Shown one piece after another: positions 1-7,880 of a DNA stretch of 30,979 bases. The notes beneath the pieces are model-generated. The model searched no databases. It saw nothing but the letters and a program-made list of their open reading frames with translations, and was not told the DNA's origin. The stretch is from Candidatus Nanoarchaeia archaeon (lineage in GTDB: Archaea; Nanobdellota; Nanobdellia; Woesearchaeales; UBA10216). Within the stretch, counting starts at the first letter, position 1. Every line of letters begins with the position of its first letter. The position numbers and the translations under genes were made by a program. The DNA is taken from assembly GCA_028279045.1 (NCBI GenBank), contig JANQSZ010000030.1:1-30979 (forward strand). Reading direction: 5' to 3'.

Positions 1-185
1 CGGGCTGCAACAGCTCCTGCTAAAACAAAAGCAAGAGCAAGCGCTCCGTTTAGTACATAGTCTCCTGAGAATACAACCAAACCGCCTCCGACACCGAAAC
101 CGCCTGCGGCAACCATATTGTAGCCCCTCATTCTGCGCTGCGCAGATTCGTAGATGCGTTGAACCGCGTATAACCCTTCAGACAT
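1..185 (-). CDS. small glycine-rich two-TM membrane protein, C-terminus cut by window edge
   Basis: Not in the ORF track because it runs off the window. ATG at 185..183 on the minus strand. Translation is MSEGLYAVQRIYESAQRRMRGYNMVAAGGFGVGGGLVVFSGDYVLNGALALAFVLAGAVAA... It has the same short polar head plus G-rich TM hairpin as the ORFs at 550..912 and 948..1232. Confidence 0.4.
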   Translation of the reverse strand, partial: MSEGLYAVQRIYESAQRRMRGYNMVAAGGFGVGGGLVVFSGDYVLNGALALAFVLAGAVAA

Positions 186-216
186 AGCGTAAGGATTCTC
201 TTCAGGAGATATAAAC

Positions 217-516
217 TTATCCCAGCAACTCGAAATACCGCATACTAATGCTCTCGTGGTCGGCTGCTGCTACAAAGTCCTTGAGTGCGTCAGATTCCAT
301 TTGAGCCCTGAACTCATTCTGAGCGTTGTCGGCGTGTTCTTTAGATTCCCACTTGACAACATCCAACATGGAGCCGTCTCCTTTGTAGACTTCCCAGGAA
401 ATGAAGCCAGGTTGTTTACTAAGAAATTCGTCTTTTGCTTTTTGCTGGGCTGCTTTATATGTTTCGTCGGTAACACCAGCGACTAAAGAGTATTCTACAA
501 CTTCTACGATTACCAT
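217..516 (-). CDS. ABM / dimeric alpha-beta-barrel (Dabb) family small protein
   Basis: 99 aa. Pattern is V..V.Y.L..G...E.Y...Q.......KQPGF.SWEVYK....LDVVKWESKEHADNA, typical of antibiotic-biosynthesis-monooxygenase-like domains. TATA (tttata, 541..546) is centred about 27 nt upstream of the ATG. Confidence 0.6.
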   Translation of the reverse strand: MVIVEVVEYSLVAGVTDETYKAAQQKAKDEFLSKQPGFISWEVYKGDGSMLDVVKWESKEHADNAQNEFRAQMESDALKDFVAAADHESISMRYFELLG

Positions 517-549
517 GAAAGTTCTGGAGAAGAAGTACTATTTATAGAT

Positions 550-912
550 TCAGTTGTAGATCCAATACTGAGGGAACTGCTCAATTGCTGCGTGTGCATT
601 ATCGCGCTCTTGTACTCTAGATCTATACTCACTGTTATCGTCAATTGATTTTCGAACAGTAAAGACTTCTACTAGAGCTGCAATACCTGTGACTACAGCA
701 AGCGCAACTCCTGCGATCACGTCGGTTTCGTCACCTGTAAATTCTTTGTACGACAGGTAGCCTGTGGCGACACCACCAATAGGGACAACTACATTTGCAG
801 TCATGGTGATTTTTTTGTCGACATTCAAACGTTCGACACTAAAATCTGCCCTTTGCACTCTCCTGAATGCATCCATGTACTCTGCTTCCTCTTCAGTAAG
901 GTCGTGTCCCAT
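550..912 (-). CDS. small two-TM membrane protein (paralog family)
   Basis: 120 aa with an acidic N-terminal head and a G-rich TM hairpin (VVVPIGGVATGYL...VIAGVALAVVTGIAALV). Own TATA-like element (about 933..942) lies about 25 nt upstream of the ATG. Confidence 0.6.
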   Translation of the reverse strand: MGHDLTEEEAEYMDAFRRVQRADFSVERLNVDKKITMTANVVVPIGGVATGYLSYKEFTGDETDVIAGVALAVVTGIAALVEVFTVRKSIDDNSEYRSRVQERDNAHAAIEQFPQYWIYN

Positions 913-947
913 GACAGTGGCGAACAGAATCTAATTTAAAAAACCTA

Positions 948-1232
948 CTACTCTGGATCAGGCAAGTCCTCGACTGCGTCTCGGGCAAAGTATATGCTCG
1001 CCAGAGTGAACGCTGTCCCAAATGCCAACCCCACTGCTTCCCGAGGTCCAAGCTCACCATTGTGTATCATGTACCCAGACCCGTAAAGACTGCCTGCTCC
1101 GATGCTGCCTGACACTACTGCGCCTGCTATTTTCCACGCTATGTTTGCCGCTTGTGGCCTTTCTACCTCAGAAGGGTCGATTCCGTGATGCTCTGGTCGA
1201 AACATGTGCAAGAGTGGCGATGGGGCATTCAT
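948..1232 (-). CDS. small two-TM glycine-zipper membrane protein (paralog family)
   Basis: 94 aa with IAGAVVSGSIGAGSLYGSGY...AVGLAFGTAFTLASIY. TATA TTTATAAA (1251..1258) lies about 22 nt upstream. Confidence 0.6.
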   Translation of the reverse strand: MNAPSPLLHMFRPEHHGIDPSEVERPQAANIAWKIAGAVVSGSIGAGSLYGSGYMIHNGELGPREAVGLAFGTAFTLASIYFARDAVEDLPDPE

Positions 1233-1250
1233 ATACTTGTCTCCATAACC

Positions 1251-1258
1251 TTTATAAA
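1251..1258. promoter_or_regulatory. palindromic TATA box (TTTATAAA) in the divergent spacer between the 948..1232 gene and the rpl1 operon
   Basis: This is the only TATA-like element in the 81-nt spacer. It sits about 22 nt from the minus-strand ATG (1232) and about 60 nt from the rpl1 ATG (1314). The rpl1 start is additionally preceded by GGAGG at 1304..1308. Confidence 0.5.
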
Positions 1259-1313
1259 TAGAAACGAGATTCTAGTGTTATTCCCAGTATTACTACTTCG
1301 GTAGGAGGGCCTA

Positions 1314-1964
1314 ATGGAAAAAAAAGACATTTTAGAATCATTGAAACAAGTGCGCGATGGTAAGAAGCGCAAGTTTTCTCAGAGTGTTGATCTCATTGTT
1401 AATCTGAAGGATATTGATCTGAAGAAAAATGATCAACAAGTAGACTTCTTTGCACAGTTGCCGCATGCAGAAGGCAGCGGCATTGCAATCTGCGCTTTGG
1501 TAGGACCAGAGCTGAAAGATAATGCAACAGCAAACGTTGACACTGTTATTGAAGTTGATGACTTTCCAAAATATACTAAAGACAAGAAGCTTGCAAAAGC
1601 ACTTGCAGAAAAACACCAATTCTTTATTGCACAGGCAAACATCATGCCACAGGTTGCAACAGCATTTGGACGTGTATTGGGTCCTAAGGGAAAAATGCCA
1701 AATCCAAAAGCTGGTGGAGTTGTACCGCCAAAAGCAGACCTTGCACCACTAGTTGCTCGGTTAAAGAAAACACGACGTGTTTCTGCTAAGACAGCACCTG
1801 TTGTACACACACTTGTTGGAACCGAATCATTGAGTGATGAAGATCTTGCAGAAAACATTCTGAACATGTACAAACAAGTTCTTTCACATTTACCAAACGA
1901 AGAAGCAAACGTAAAATCTGCTTTCGTTAAACTAACAATGGGTAAGCCGGTGAAAGTAAGATGA
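1314..1964 (+). CDS. rpl1: 50S ribosomal protein uL1
   Basis: 216 aa. N-terminus ...KKRKFSQSVDLIVNLKDIDLKK... and ...GPKGKMPNPKAGGVVPP... are classic archaeal L1 signatures. GGAGG SD lies 6 nt upstream. The stop overlaps the next start (ATGA at 1961..1964). Confidence 0.95.
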   Translation: MEKKDILESLKQVRDGKKRKFSQSVDLIVNLKDIDLKKNDQQVDFFAQLPHAEGSGIAICALVGPELKDNATANVDTVIEVDDFPKYTKDKKLAKALAEKHQFFIAQANIMPQVATAFGRVLGPKGKMPNPKAGGVVPPKADLAPLVARLKKTRRVSAKTAPVVHTLVGTESLSDEDLAENILNMYKQVLSHLPNEEANVKSAFVKLTMGKPVKVR

Positions 1965-3532
1965 GTGAACACAAAGTAGCCGCGGAAAAAGTAGAGTTGG
2001 TCAAACAACTCAGAGAACTTATGGACGAATACCCAGTTGTTGCACTTGTTAACCTTGCTAACTTACCAGCACCGCAACTTCAAGTCATGCGTGCAAAATT
2101 GCGTGATTCGGTTGTTATGGTAACTGCTAAAAAACGGTTAATGCGTATTGCACTCGAGGGTGCTAAAGATAAAAAGCCAGGTATTGAACAACTTTCTGAT
2201 AAAATGAAAGGAATGCCTTCGCTTGTGTTTACGAAAGACAATCCATTCAAACTTGCAGGAATCCTGCGAGAAAATAAATCAAAAGCACCTGCAAAAGCAG
2301 GACAAGAAGCACCGAATGATATCATTGTTCCAGCTGGAGCAACACCATTTAGTCCAGGACCAGTTATTAGCGAACTTGGTTCAATTGGATTGAAGACTGG
2401 TGTTGAAGGCGGAAAAGTTGCTATCAAAGAAGATTCTGTTGTTGCAAAAGAAGGCGATGTTATCGACCAGAACATGGCAAACGTACTTGCAAAACTTGAG
2501 ATTCACCCAATGGAAATTGGATTGGACTTGACAGCTGCATACGAAGACGGAACAATCTTTGGTAAAGATGTACTATCAGTTGATCCACAAATTTACCGTG
2601 ATGAATTAACAGCAGCGATTGCTGAATCACACGCACTAACCATGGGAATTGGTTACATCACTGATGCAAACGCAGAAGCACTTGTACAAAAAGCATTCCG
2701 AGAAGCTCTCGGACTTGCTATTGACAAAGAAGTGTTGTCTGATGAATTGCTAAAGAAGCAAGTCGGCGATGCGTATGTTCAAATGAAAGCGCTGATGGGT
2801 AAGGCTAGTATTAGTGAGGATGCAGCTGAAGAACCAAAAGAAGATCCTGAACCAGAAGAACCGAAGGAAGAGCCTAAAGAAGAAGCTAAACCAGAGCCAA
2901 CTCCAGAAGCTCCTGCAGAAGAACCGAAAGAAGAACCTGCAGCTGAGTCTGAAAAAGTAGAAGAAACTCCTGCTGAACCAGAACCGGAGCCAAAGGAAGA
3001 AGCAACTCCTGAACCTGCACCGGAAGAGCCGAAAGAAGAGGCAGCGCCGGAGCCAGAAAAGGTTGAAGAGCCGCAACCAGAAGCAGAACCTGAACCAGAA
3101 AAAGTTGAGGAACCAGCTCCTGAAGAAGTGAAGGAAGAAGCAACTCCTGAACCAACTCCTGAAGAACCAAAGGAAGCTGAACCAAAAGAAGAAGCACCTG
3201 AAGTTCCTGAATCAGAACACGATGCAAGTGAAGCAGAACCGGAACTACCGCCGGAAAGAGAAGCTCCAGCACCTGAACAAGTTCAAGCACCAGTAGAACC
3301 AGAAAAGGTTGAAGAAAAACCTGCTGTTGCACCAGAAGCTGCAAAAGAAATTGATAGTGCAGTAAAAGACGCTCAAGAATTTTCACAAAAACAAGTGGAC
3401 AAAATTGAGGACGAGATCGATCAACAAATCGAAGAAATGCGTGTCAAGAAGGACGACGATGTTAGTACTGATCAAGATAAGATCGAAGAACTAACAAAGA
3501 AACTTCAGAAAAAAGGCACGTTACGAGACTAA
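1961..3532 (+). CDS. rplP0: ribosomal stalk protein uL10 (P0) with a very long acidic Pro/Glu-rich C-terminal extension
   Basis: The N-terminal ~285 aa are colinear with archaeal P0 (KVELVKQLRELMDEYPVVALVNLANLPAPQLQVMRAKLR..., PAGATPFSPGPVISELG). Residues 286-461 are EPKEE/PEPEKVEEP-type low complexity. The last 62 aa are a charged helix ending KKGTLRD. Position between rpl1 and rpl12. Confidence 0.9.
   Translation: MSEHKVAAEKVELVKQLRELMDEYPVVALVNLANLPAPQLQVMRAKLRDSVVMVTAKKRLMRIALEGAKDKKPGIEQLSDKMKGMPSLVFTKDNPFKLAGILRENKSKAPAKAGQEAPNDIIVPAGATPFSPGPVISELGSIGLKTGVEGGKVAIKEDSVVAKEGDVIDQNMANVLAKLEIHPMEIGLDLTAAYEDGTIFGKDVLSVDPQIYRDELTAAIAESHALTMGIGYITDANAEALVQKAFREALGLAIDKEVLSDELLKKQVGDAYVQMKALMGKASISEDAAEEPKEDPEPEEPKEEPKEEAKPEPTPEAPAEEPKEEPAAESEKVEETPAEPEPEPKEEATPEPAPEEPKEEAAPEPEKVEEPQPEAEPEPEKVEEPAPEEVKEEATPEPTPEEPKEAEPKEEAPEVPESEHDASEAEPELPPEREAPAPEQVQAPVEPEKVEEKPAVAPEAAKEIDSAVKDAQEFSQKQVDKIEDEIDQQIEEMRVKKDDDVSTDQDKIEELTKKLQKKGTLRD
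2816..3343 (+). repeat. degenerate in-frame Pro/Glu/Lys-rich repeat tract inside rplP0
   Basis: Recurring gaaccNaaagaagaa and gaaccagaaaaggttgaaga units encode EEPKEE and PEPEKVEEP (the latter motif appears three times). This tract generates the long spurious antisense ORFs 2750..3076 and 2886..3386. Confidence 0.85.
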
Positions 3533-3553
3533 TGTTAACGGAGGTTACCCAAC

Positions 3554-3862
3554 ATGGAATACGTCTACGCAGCTATGCTCTTGCATAAAGCTGGCCAAAA
3601 AGTAGATGAGGCATCTTTGAACAAAGTACTAGAAGCCGCTGGCGCAAGTCCAGACGCTGCTCGTACAAAAGCTGTCGTTGCTGCTCTTGACGGAGTAGAT
3701 ATCGAACAAGCTATCAAAGACGCTGCAGTCGCTCCTGTTGCTGCTGCTCCTGCACCTGCACAAGGTGGAGATGCTCCTGCTGAAAAGAAGGACGAGAAGC
3801 CTGCAAAGGAAGAAAAGAAGGAAGAAGAAGCTGCAGCCGGCCTCGGTGCACTATTTGGTTAG
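3554..3862 (+). CDS. rpl12: ribosomal stalk protein P1 (archaeal L12)
   Basis: 102 aa: [17 protein letters not shown]...[16 protein letters not shown], with the canonical Ala/Pro hinge, acidic linker and GLGALFG tail. GGAGGT SD at 3540..3545. Confidence 0.95.
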   Translation: MEYVYAAMLLHKAGQKVDEASLNKVLEAAGASPDAARTKAVVAALDGVDIEQAIKDAAVAPVAAAPAPAQGGDAPAEKKDEKPAKEEKKEEEAAAGLGALFG

Positions 3863-3883
3863 TTTTTTTGTTTTTTTCTTTTT
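3863..3883 (+). terminator. oligo-T archaeal terminator after the stalk operon
   Basis: tttttttgtttttttcttttt starts immediately after the rpl12 stop codon. Confidence 0.6.
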
Positions 3884-3892
3884 CTCAAAAGC

Positions 3893-4777
3893 ATGGAATC
3901 GAAAAGAGAACTTGTTGAAAAATTGAAAACGCTGCAGCGCGAAATAAAACAGCTGCGGCGAGACTTAACTAGTGATAATCAGACGAAGGAGGAAGCTTTC
4001 CAAAAGAAAGAACAACTCAAGAAAGATATTCGTCAACTTATCGGGGATGTTAAGAAGTTGCGTGCACAACGTGACGATCACACTTCTAAAGTAAAAGAAT
4101 TGAAAGAAAAGCGTAAGGAAGCATCGACGGAATTACGCAGTAAGATTTCTACTATCAAAGAATTACGATCAGCGGGATCACCAAAGCCTAATCCACGGGA
4201 TAAGAAGAATAGGCCAAAAACACCAGATCAAATTCAGCAAATGATTGAGCGCATGGAATACAAGATTGAAACAGAAGGGGTTTCATTCAAAGAAGAACAA
4301 AAGCTCATGAAACAAATGAAAGAACTCAAGAAGGAGTTTGAATCTACAAAAGCAACTAAGGAAGCTAGTAAAGGAATCAAACAACTTTCGCAAGAAATTA
4401 CTGAGTCAAAGAAAGCAGCAGATGAACACCACGCATTAGTGCAGGAACATGCGCAGAAGAGTCAGGAATTGCATGAAAAGATTCTTGGCATGTCTAAGAA
4501 TATTGACGTGAAGAAGAAAGAAGAAGAGGAAGCACACAAGTTGTTTATTTCGCAAAAGCAAAAGATGGCTGAACCTGTTAAGCAATTACAGAGCAAGCTT
4601 GATGAATATTCTAAACTCAAGTCAAGTGTTGACGAAGCACAGACCAAAGAAAAGCAAGAGAAGAAAAAGCAAACTGCAGAAGACATGCAGAAGCTTGAAG
4701 ACGAACTTGCAGACATGGTAAAATCTGGAAAGAAATTGACTACAGAAGACTTGTTGAAATTTAAGTTCAAAGAGTAA
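3893..4777 (+). CDS. Lys/Glu-rich coiled-coil protein (resembles the conserved uncharacterized archaeal coiled-coil family)
   Basis: 294 aa with a heptad-like K/E/L composition throughout and no TM segment. The family assignment is from memory of composition and architecture only. Confidence 0.55.
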   Translation: MESKRELVEKLKTLQREIKQLRRDLTSDNQTKEEAFQKKEQLKKDIRQLIGDVKKLRAQRDDHTSKVKELKEKRKEASTELRSKISTIKELRSAGSPKPNPRDKKNRPKTPDQIQQMIERMEYKIETEGVSFKEEQKLMKQMKELKKEFESTKATKEASKGIKQLSQEITESKKAADEHHALVQEHAQKSQELHEKILGMSKNIDVKKKEEEEAHKLFISQKQKMAEPVKQLQSKLDEYSKLKSSVDEAQTKEKQEKKKQTAEDMQKLEDELADMVKSGKKLTTEDLLKFKFKE

Positions 4778-5270
4778 ACGAGGCGATTGATCGCCAACTT
4801 TCTTCTTTACCCGATGTGTCTGCAACTGCAATCGAATCTACGCCAAAAGAAATCGGGTAGCCTGTTATTCTTGAAGCAATTGCGTCTCTTTTTTCTGATG
4901 AGTATTCGCCGTATACCAAGCTAAGATGAGGGAAAAAATCTGTTTTTAATCCGAATTCCTGCTGAGCTTGGCTATTAGCAGTCATAAGTTCGGGTGTTTG
5001 TCGAACAGCAACATAGACAGCCCGGTAAAATGCATCTGAATGGTGTAGCGAATCAAGATATGCTGTAAAGGGCGACAAACGGTCTGCCAAAGAAGCAGTT
5101 CTGCTTAATATTTCATCTTTTGCTAGGTTTTGATGAGGAAGGAAAGTGATATGAGGCTCGAATCTCGGACTAGAAAGTGCAGATGCTTGTGCATCAATGA
5201 TTCCTGAAAGAGATTCATTGTCCGCAACATTAGGTACAAGCCACAATGAGTATCCTGGTCCGAGTTCCAT
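4767..5270 (-). CDS. 2H phosphoesterase, CPDase (cyclic phosphodiesterase) family, paralog A
   Basis: Two H-x-T/S-x motifs (PHITF, PHLSLVYG). Colinear with plant/fungal CPDase (YSLW...PHITx...F.A.Y.....PELM......PHLSLxYG). The track start at 5312 is TTG. I prefer ATG at 5270 (MELGPGYSLW), which has TTTAAA (5291..5300) centred about 25 nt upstream and matches the paralog N-terminus. Confidence 0.8.
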   Translation of the reverse strand: MELGPGYSLWLVPNVADNESLSGIIDAQASALSSPRFEPHITFLPHQNLAKDEILSRTASLADRLSPFTAYLDSLHHSDAFYRAVYVAVRQTPELMTANSQAQQEFGLKTDFFPHLSLVYGEYSSEKRDAIASRITGYPISFGVDSIAVADTSGKEESWRSIASFTL

Positions 5271-5308
5271 GAAGAAAAGAGGTCGCTCGGGGTTTAAAGG
5301 CCTATCTG

Positions 5309-5815
5309 TCAAAGAGTAAATTCTGCTACTTCGTGCCAGCCGGTCGGATTGCCGCCGGTGTAATATACGTAAATTGAAGTTATAGGAAATGTGATGTTGA
5401 AATCATCTCCTATCGATTCAATAATTTTCTGCTTTTCTTCTAGAGGGAGATCCCCATACAGTAATGTGAGGTGTGGCATGTAGACTTCATCCATACCAAT
5501 TGTGTTTTGTGCTACTTTGTTTGCATTCATGAGTTCTGCTGAACGCTCTGCGTGAATGTACAATGCAGTAAAGTATGCATCGTTGTGACCAATTTTAGTT
5601 AGGTTGACGGTGAACGGTTTGAGTAGGCTTGCAATTTCTCTCGCTTTCTCAATTACTTCTTGCTCGGTAAGAAACTGATGCGGGATTAGCGTGATGTGAG
5701 GATCGAAGAGCGGCGTGTTGTGCAACTTTGATATTCCTGTCATGATCTTTGACAGTTGCTCTGCGATTTCTGCAGGCGGTTTGATCCAGAGTGAGTAGCC
5801 AGGTTGGAGTTCCAT
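5309..5815 (-). CDS. 2H phosphoesterase, CPDase family, paralog B
   Basis: PHITL and PHLTLLYG motifs, colinear with paralog A from MELQPGYSLW to the shared C-terminal ...EFTL. ATG at 5815 is preferred over the track start at 5926, which would overlap the upstream gene. TATAAA (5837..5842) lies about 25 nt upstream. Confidence 0.8.
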   Translation of the reverse strand: MELQPGYSLWIKPPAEIAEQLSKIMTGISKLHNTPLFDPHITLIPHQFLTEQEVIEKAREIASLLKPFTVNLTKIGHNDAYFTALYIHAERSAELMNANKVAQNTIGMDEVYMPHLTLLYGDLPLEEKQKIIESIGDDFNITFPITSIYVYYTGGNPTGWHEVAEFTL

Positions 5816-5851
5816 ACAGCCCTTGTAGTGGAGAAGTATAAAGAGTTTTCT

Positions 5852-5872
5852 AAAAGAAAAAAAAGAAAAAAA
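5852..5872 (-). terminator. oligo-T terminator (minus strand) after the surface-protein gene
   Basis: The plus-strand A-runs aaaagaaaaaaaagaaaaaaa read as T-runs on the minus strand, just downstream of the stop at 5883. Confidence 0.55.
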
Positions 5873-5882
5873 GGCGTTTTGC

Positions 5883-7700
5883 CTAGCTTGCGTCGAAGTC
5901 AACAGATGCACTTTCTCCGAAGGCAATCTTCGAAATAGTTACACCGTTTTCTGTTACATCAAGCGCATGGTCTAGAGTTGGGCGCGTTGTGCTGTTCGAC
6001 GTTACTTCCAATGCCTTGGAAATTTCTGTTGCACTCGACTCAATCACAATAGGGTCGGTAATCATAATTGTATTACCGCCGCTAGCTGCTGTTTGAGCTT
6101 CGTTAAACGTCTTGTAACACACGCTGCTTTCAACAACACAGTACGGACTGAGTTCTGTGTAGGTAACTTTCACACTAACATGATCAAGTTCACAGTCTAC
6201 ATCAGTTCCTGTGTTTGCCAAGCAACGGCCCTTCACTGCGAAGTTTCCATCTTCGAAATCTTCTAGAGTCCATGTTCGGTCTGCGGTAACGTCAACAGTC
6301 ACAGTCTGCATTGTTCCTGACAAGTCGAATTCGTGGTTATCTCCAAGAGTAACACCGTCATCAACACTTGTCTTGAACAAAATCTTACCATCAGTTCCAC
6401 CAGCAGCTTTGTATGTTGCAATCAATCGAACTTTTTGAATGACTGCAATGTTTGGAATGTCCAAACCAAAGTCTTGCCAGAGTTGGTGGTCAGAGGTTGT
6501 GTGGACGTTTGTTCCGTCACCTTCAGATACGTTACCATCTTCGACGTATGCGTTTTCGCAGTTTTCCCATTCAGTAAAAGTACTGTATTGGGAACAGCGA
6601 GATGGTGAACCGATCTCTTCTTCAGGAAGGTGGTATGATACGTTTACCTTCAACAAGTCGACTTCACAATCAACAGGAGTTCCTGTTGTAGCTTGACATC
6701 TCCCTTTTACAGCGAAGTTTCCATCCTCGAAGTCGTCGTACTCGTACGTCCAGTCGCTCGTAATGTCAGTAACAACAGTTTGCATGCTTCCTGATAACGC
6801 AAGGAAGTGGTTTGAACTACGCGTTACACCATCATCGATACTGGTTTGGAGCAGAACGTTGCCTGACGTTGAACCAGCTGCCTTGTACACAGTAATCAAT
6901 TCAACAAGGTCAATGATTGCGTCTTCTGGAAGTGTTGTATCGAAGTCTTGCCACAACTGGTGGTCAGAAGTTGTGTGGTCATTGGTACCGTCACCTTCTG
7001 CAACTACACCGTCTTCGTTTCGAACTTCTTCACAGTGTTCCCATTCTGTGTACGTGCTGAATTGCACACACATAGCTGGTGTTCCTGGTTCTGGGATGAA
7101 TCCGAGAATAATGTCATCGAAGTAGTTGTTGAATCCAGACTGTGTGTTATCGGTTTCTAGCTGTACTTGAGCGACTCCGCCTTCATAATTGTGTGGCGAG
7201 GAAAAGTCTCTACTACAAGCATAGCTTCCATCGATGTGGATGTCATAACTTTCATCATCGTAATCGATGTAATACTCGATAGTGTAGTTTGTATCATCTT
7301 GTGATGCGATGTTACAGCCAGATCCTGGAATGTTCTCGAACAATTCATCATGATTGTGCAAATCATGGATAGGTCTTATAGTTAGATTGTTCGCCATGCC
7401 GAAGAACTGCGCTCTCGTTACGTCATCGCTTCTAAATGTGTACGATACGTATGTCGGGAGGAAGTCCGACTCTGTGACGTTGTAAAACGCCCTTGCACGA
7501 TCTGAATCGACGTCGATCAGCTTAAGCTGTCCATCGACCGTGGTAATGCTGTTGCTTCCACCGCTTGCATCGTACCAGCCTTCCAAGCCGCTTTCAAACG
7601 TGAAGCTTAGGCCAGCCGCCATTGCAGACGGGACTAGTGAGACCAGAAATGTTGCAAGAACCAGTGTCACCAGTGTTATTTTATATTTTATTTTACTCAT
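5883..7700 (-). CDS. secreted/surface protein with an N-terminal lectin-like beta domain, two tandem ~150-aa Cys-containing repeats and a short beta-helix-like C-terminal segment
   Basis: Signal/anchor MSKIKYKITLVTLVLATFLVSLVPSAMAAG. ATG at 7700 is preferred because the 35 codons upstream in the track ORF are A/T-rich spacer. GAGGG lies 9-13 nt upstream. See the internal duplication feature. Confidence 0.75.
   Translation of the reverse strand: MSKIKYKITLVTLVLATFLVSLVPSAMAAGLSFTFESGLEGWYDASGGSNSITTVDGQLKLIDVDSDRARAFYNVTESDFLPTYVSYTFRSDDVTRAQFFGMANNLTIRPIHDLHNHDELFENIPGSGCNIASQDDTNYTIEYYIDYDDESYDIHIDGSYACSRDFSSPHNYEGGVAQVQLETDNTQSGFNNYFDDIILGFIPEPGTPAMCVQFSTYTEWEHCEEVRNEDGVVAEGDGTNDHTTSDHQLWQDFDTTLPEDAIIDLVELITVYKAAGSTSGNVLLQTSIDDGVTRSSNHFLALSGSMQTVVTDITSDWTYEYDDFEDGNFAVKGRCQATTGTPVDCEVDLLKVNVSYHLPEEEIGSPSRCSQYSTFTEWENCENAYVEDGNVSEGDGTNVHTTSDHQLWQDFGLDIPNIAVIQKVRLIATYKAAGGTDGKILFKTSVDDGVTLGDNHEFDLSGTMQTVTVDVTADRTWTLEDFEDGNFAVKGRCLANTGTDVDCELDHVSVKVTYTELSPYCVVESSVCYKTFNEAQTAASGGNTIMITDPIVIESSATEISKALEVTSNSTTRPTLDHALDVTENGVTISKIAFGESASVDFDAS
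6153..7070 (-). repeat. internal tandem domain duplication (two copies, period 158 codons) within the surface-protein gene
   Basis: Copy 1 spans residues 211-358 (6627..7070), CVQFSTYTEWEHCE...FEDGNFAVKGRCQATTGTPVDCEVD. Copy 2 spans residues 369-516 (6153..6596), CSQYSTFTEWENCE...FEDGNFAVKGRCLANTGTDVDCELD. Well over half the positions are identical by eye and all four Cys are conserved. Confidence 0.9.
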
Positions 7701-7880
7701 TTTGGCATCCCTCTTGTAGTTGTCAGCTGCATAACAAAAAATTGCTGCATAAAATGCAATAAAAATTTGGTTTTTAAGTTTTTGGCGTATACAATATGAC
7801 AACACAAGTCCCTATATATTTGCTATGCGCACTTGTCCAGTGAGCGAAAGAAACAAAAAGAGGAACATGTTTGGATAGTT

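Noticed and set aside
1338-2475. Minus-strand ORFs overlapping rpl1 and rplP0 (1338..1619, 1433..2008, 2080..2475)
   Set aside because: These are shadow ORFs opposite highly conserved ribosomal protein genes, with no motifs, promoters or SD elements.
2750-3386. Long antisense ORFs (2750..3076 and 2886..3386, minus strand) inside rplP0
   Set aside because: They are mirror images of the GAA/CCA-rich repeat tract. Their translations are low-complexity F/L/R or L/Q/V strings and they overlap a confidently assigned ribosomal gene.
6153-7070. Possibility that the two repeats in the surface protein are a diversity-generating retroelement template/variable pair
   Set aside because: The nucleotide differences between the copies involve all base types rather than adenine-specific changes. 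Both copies are in-frame parts of one protein, and no reverse transcriptase is present in the window.
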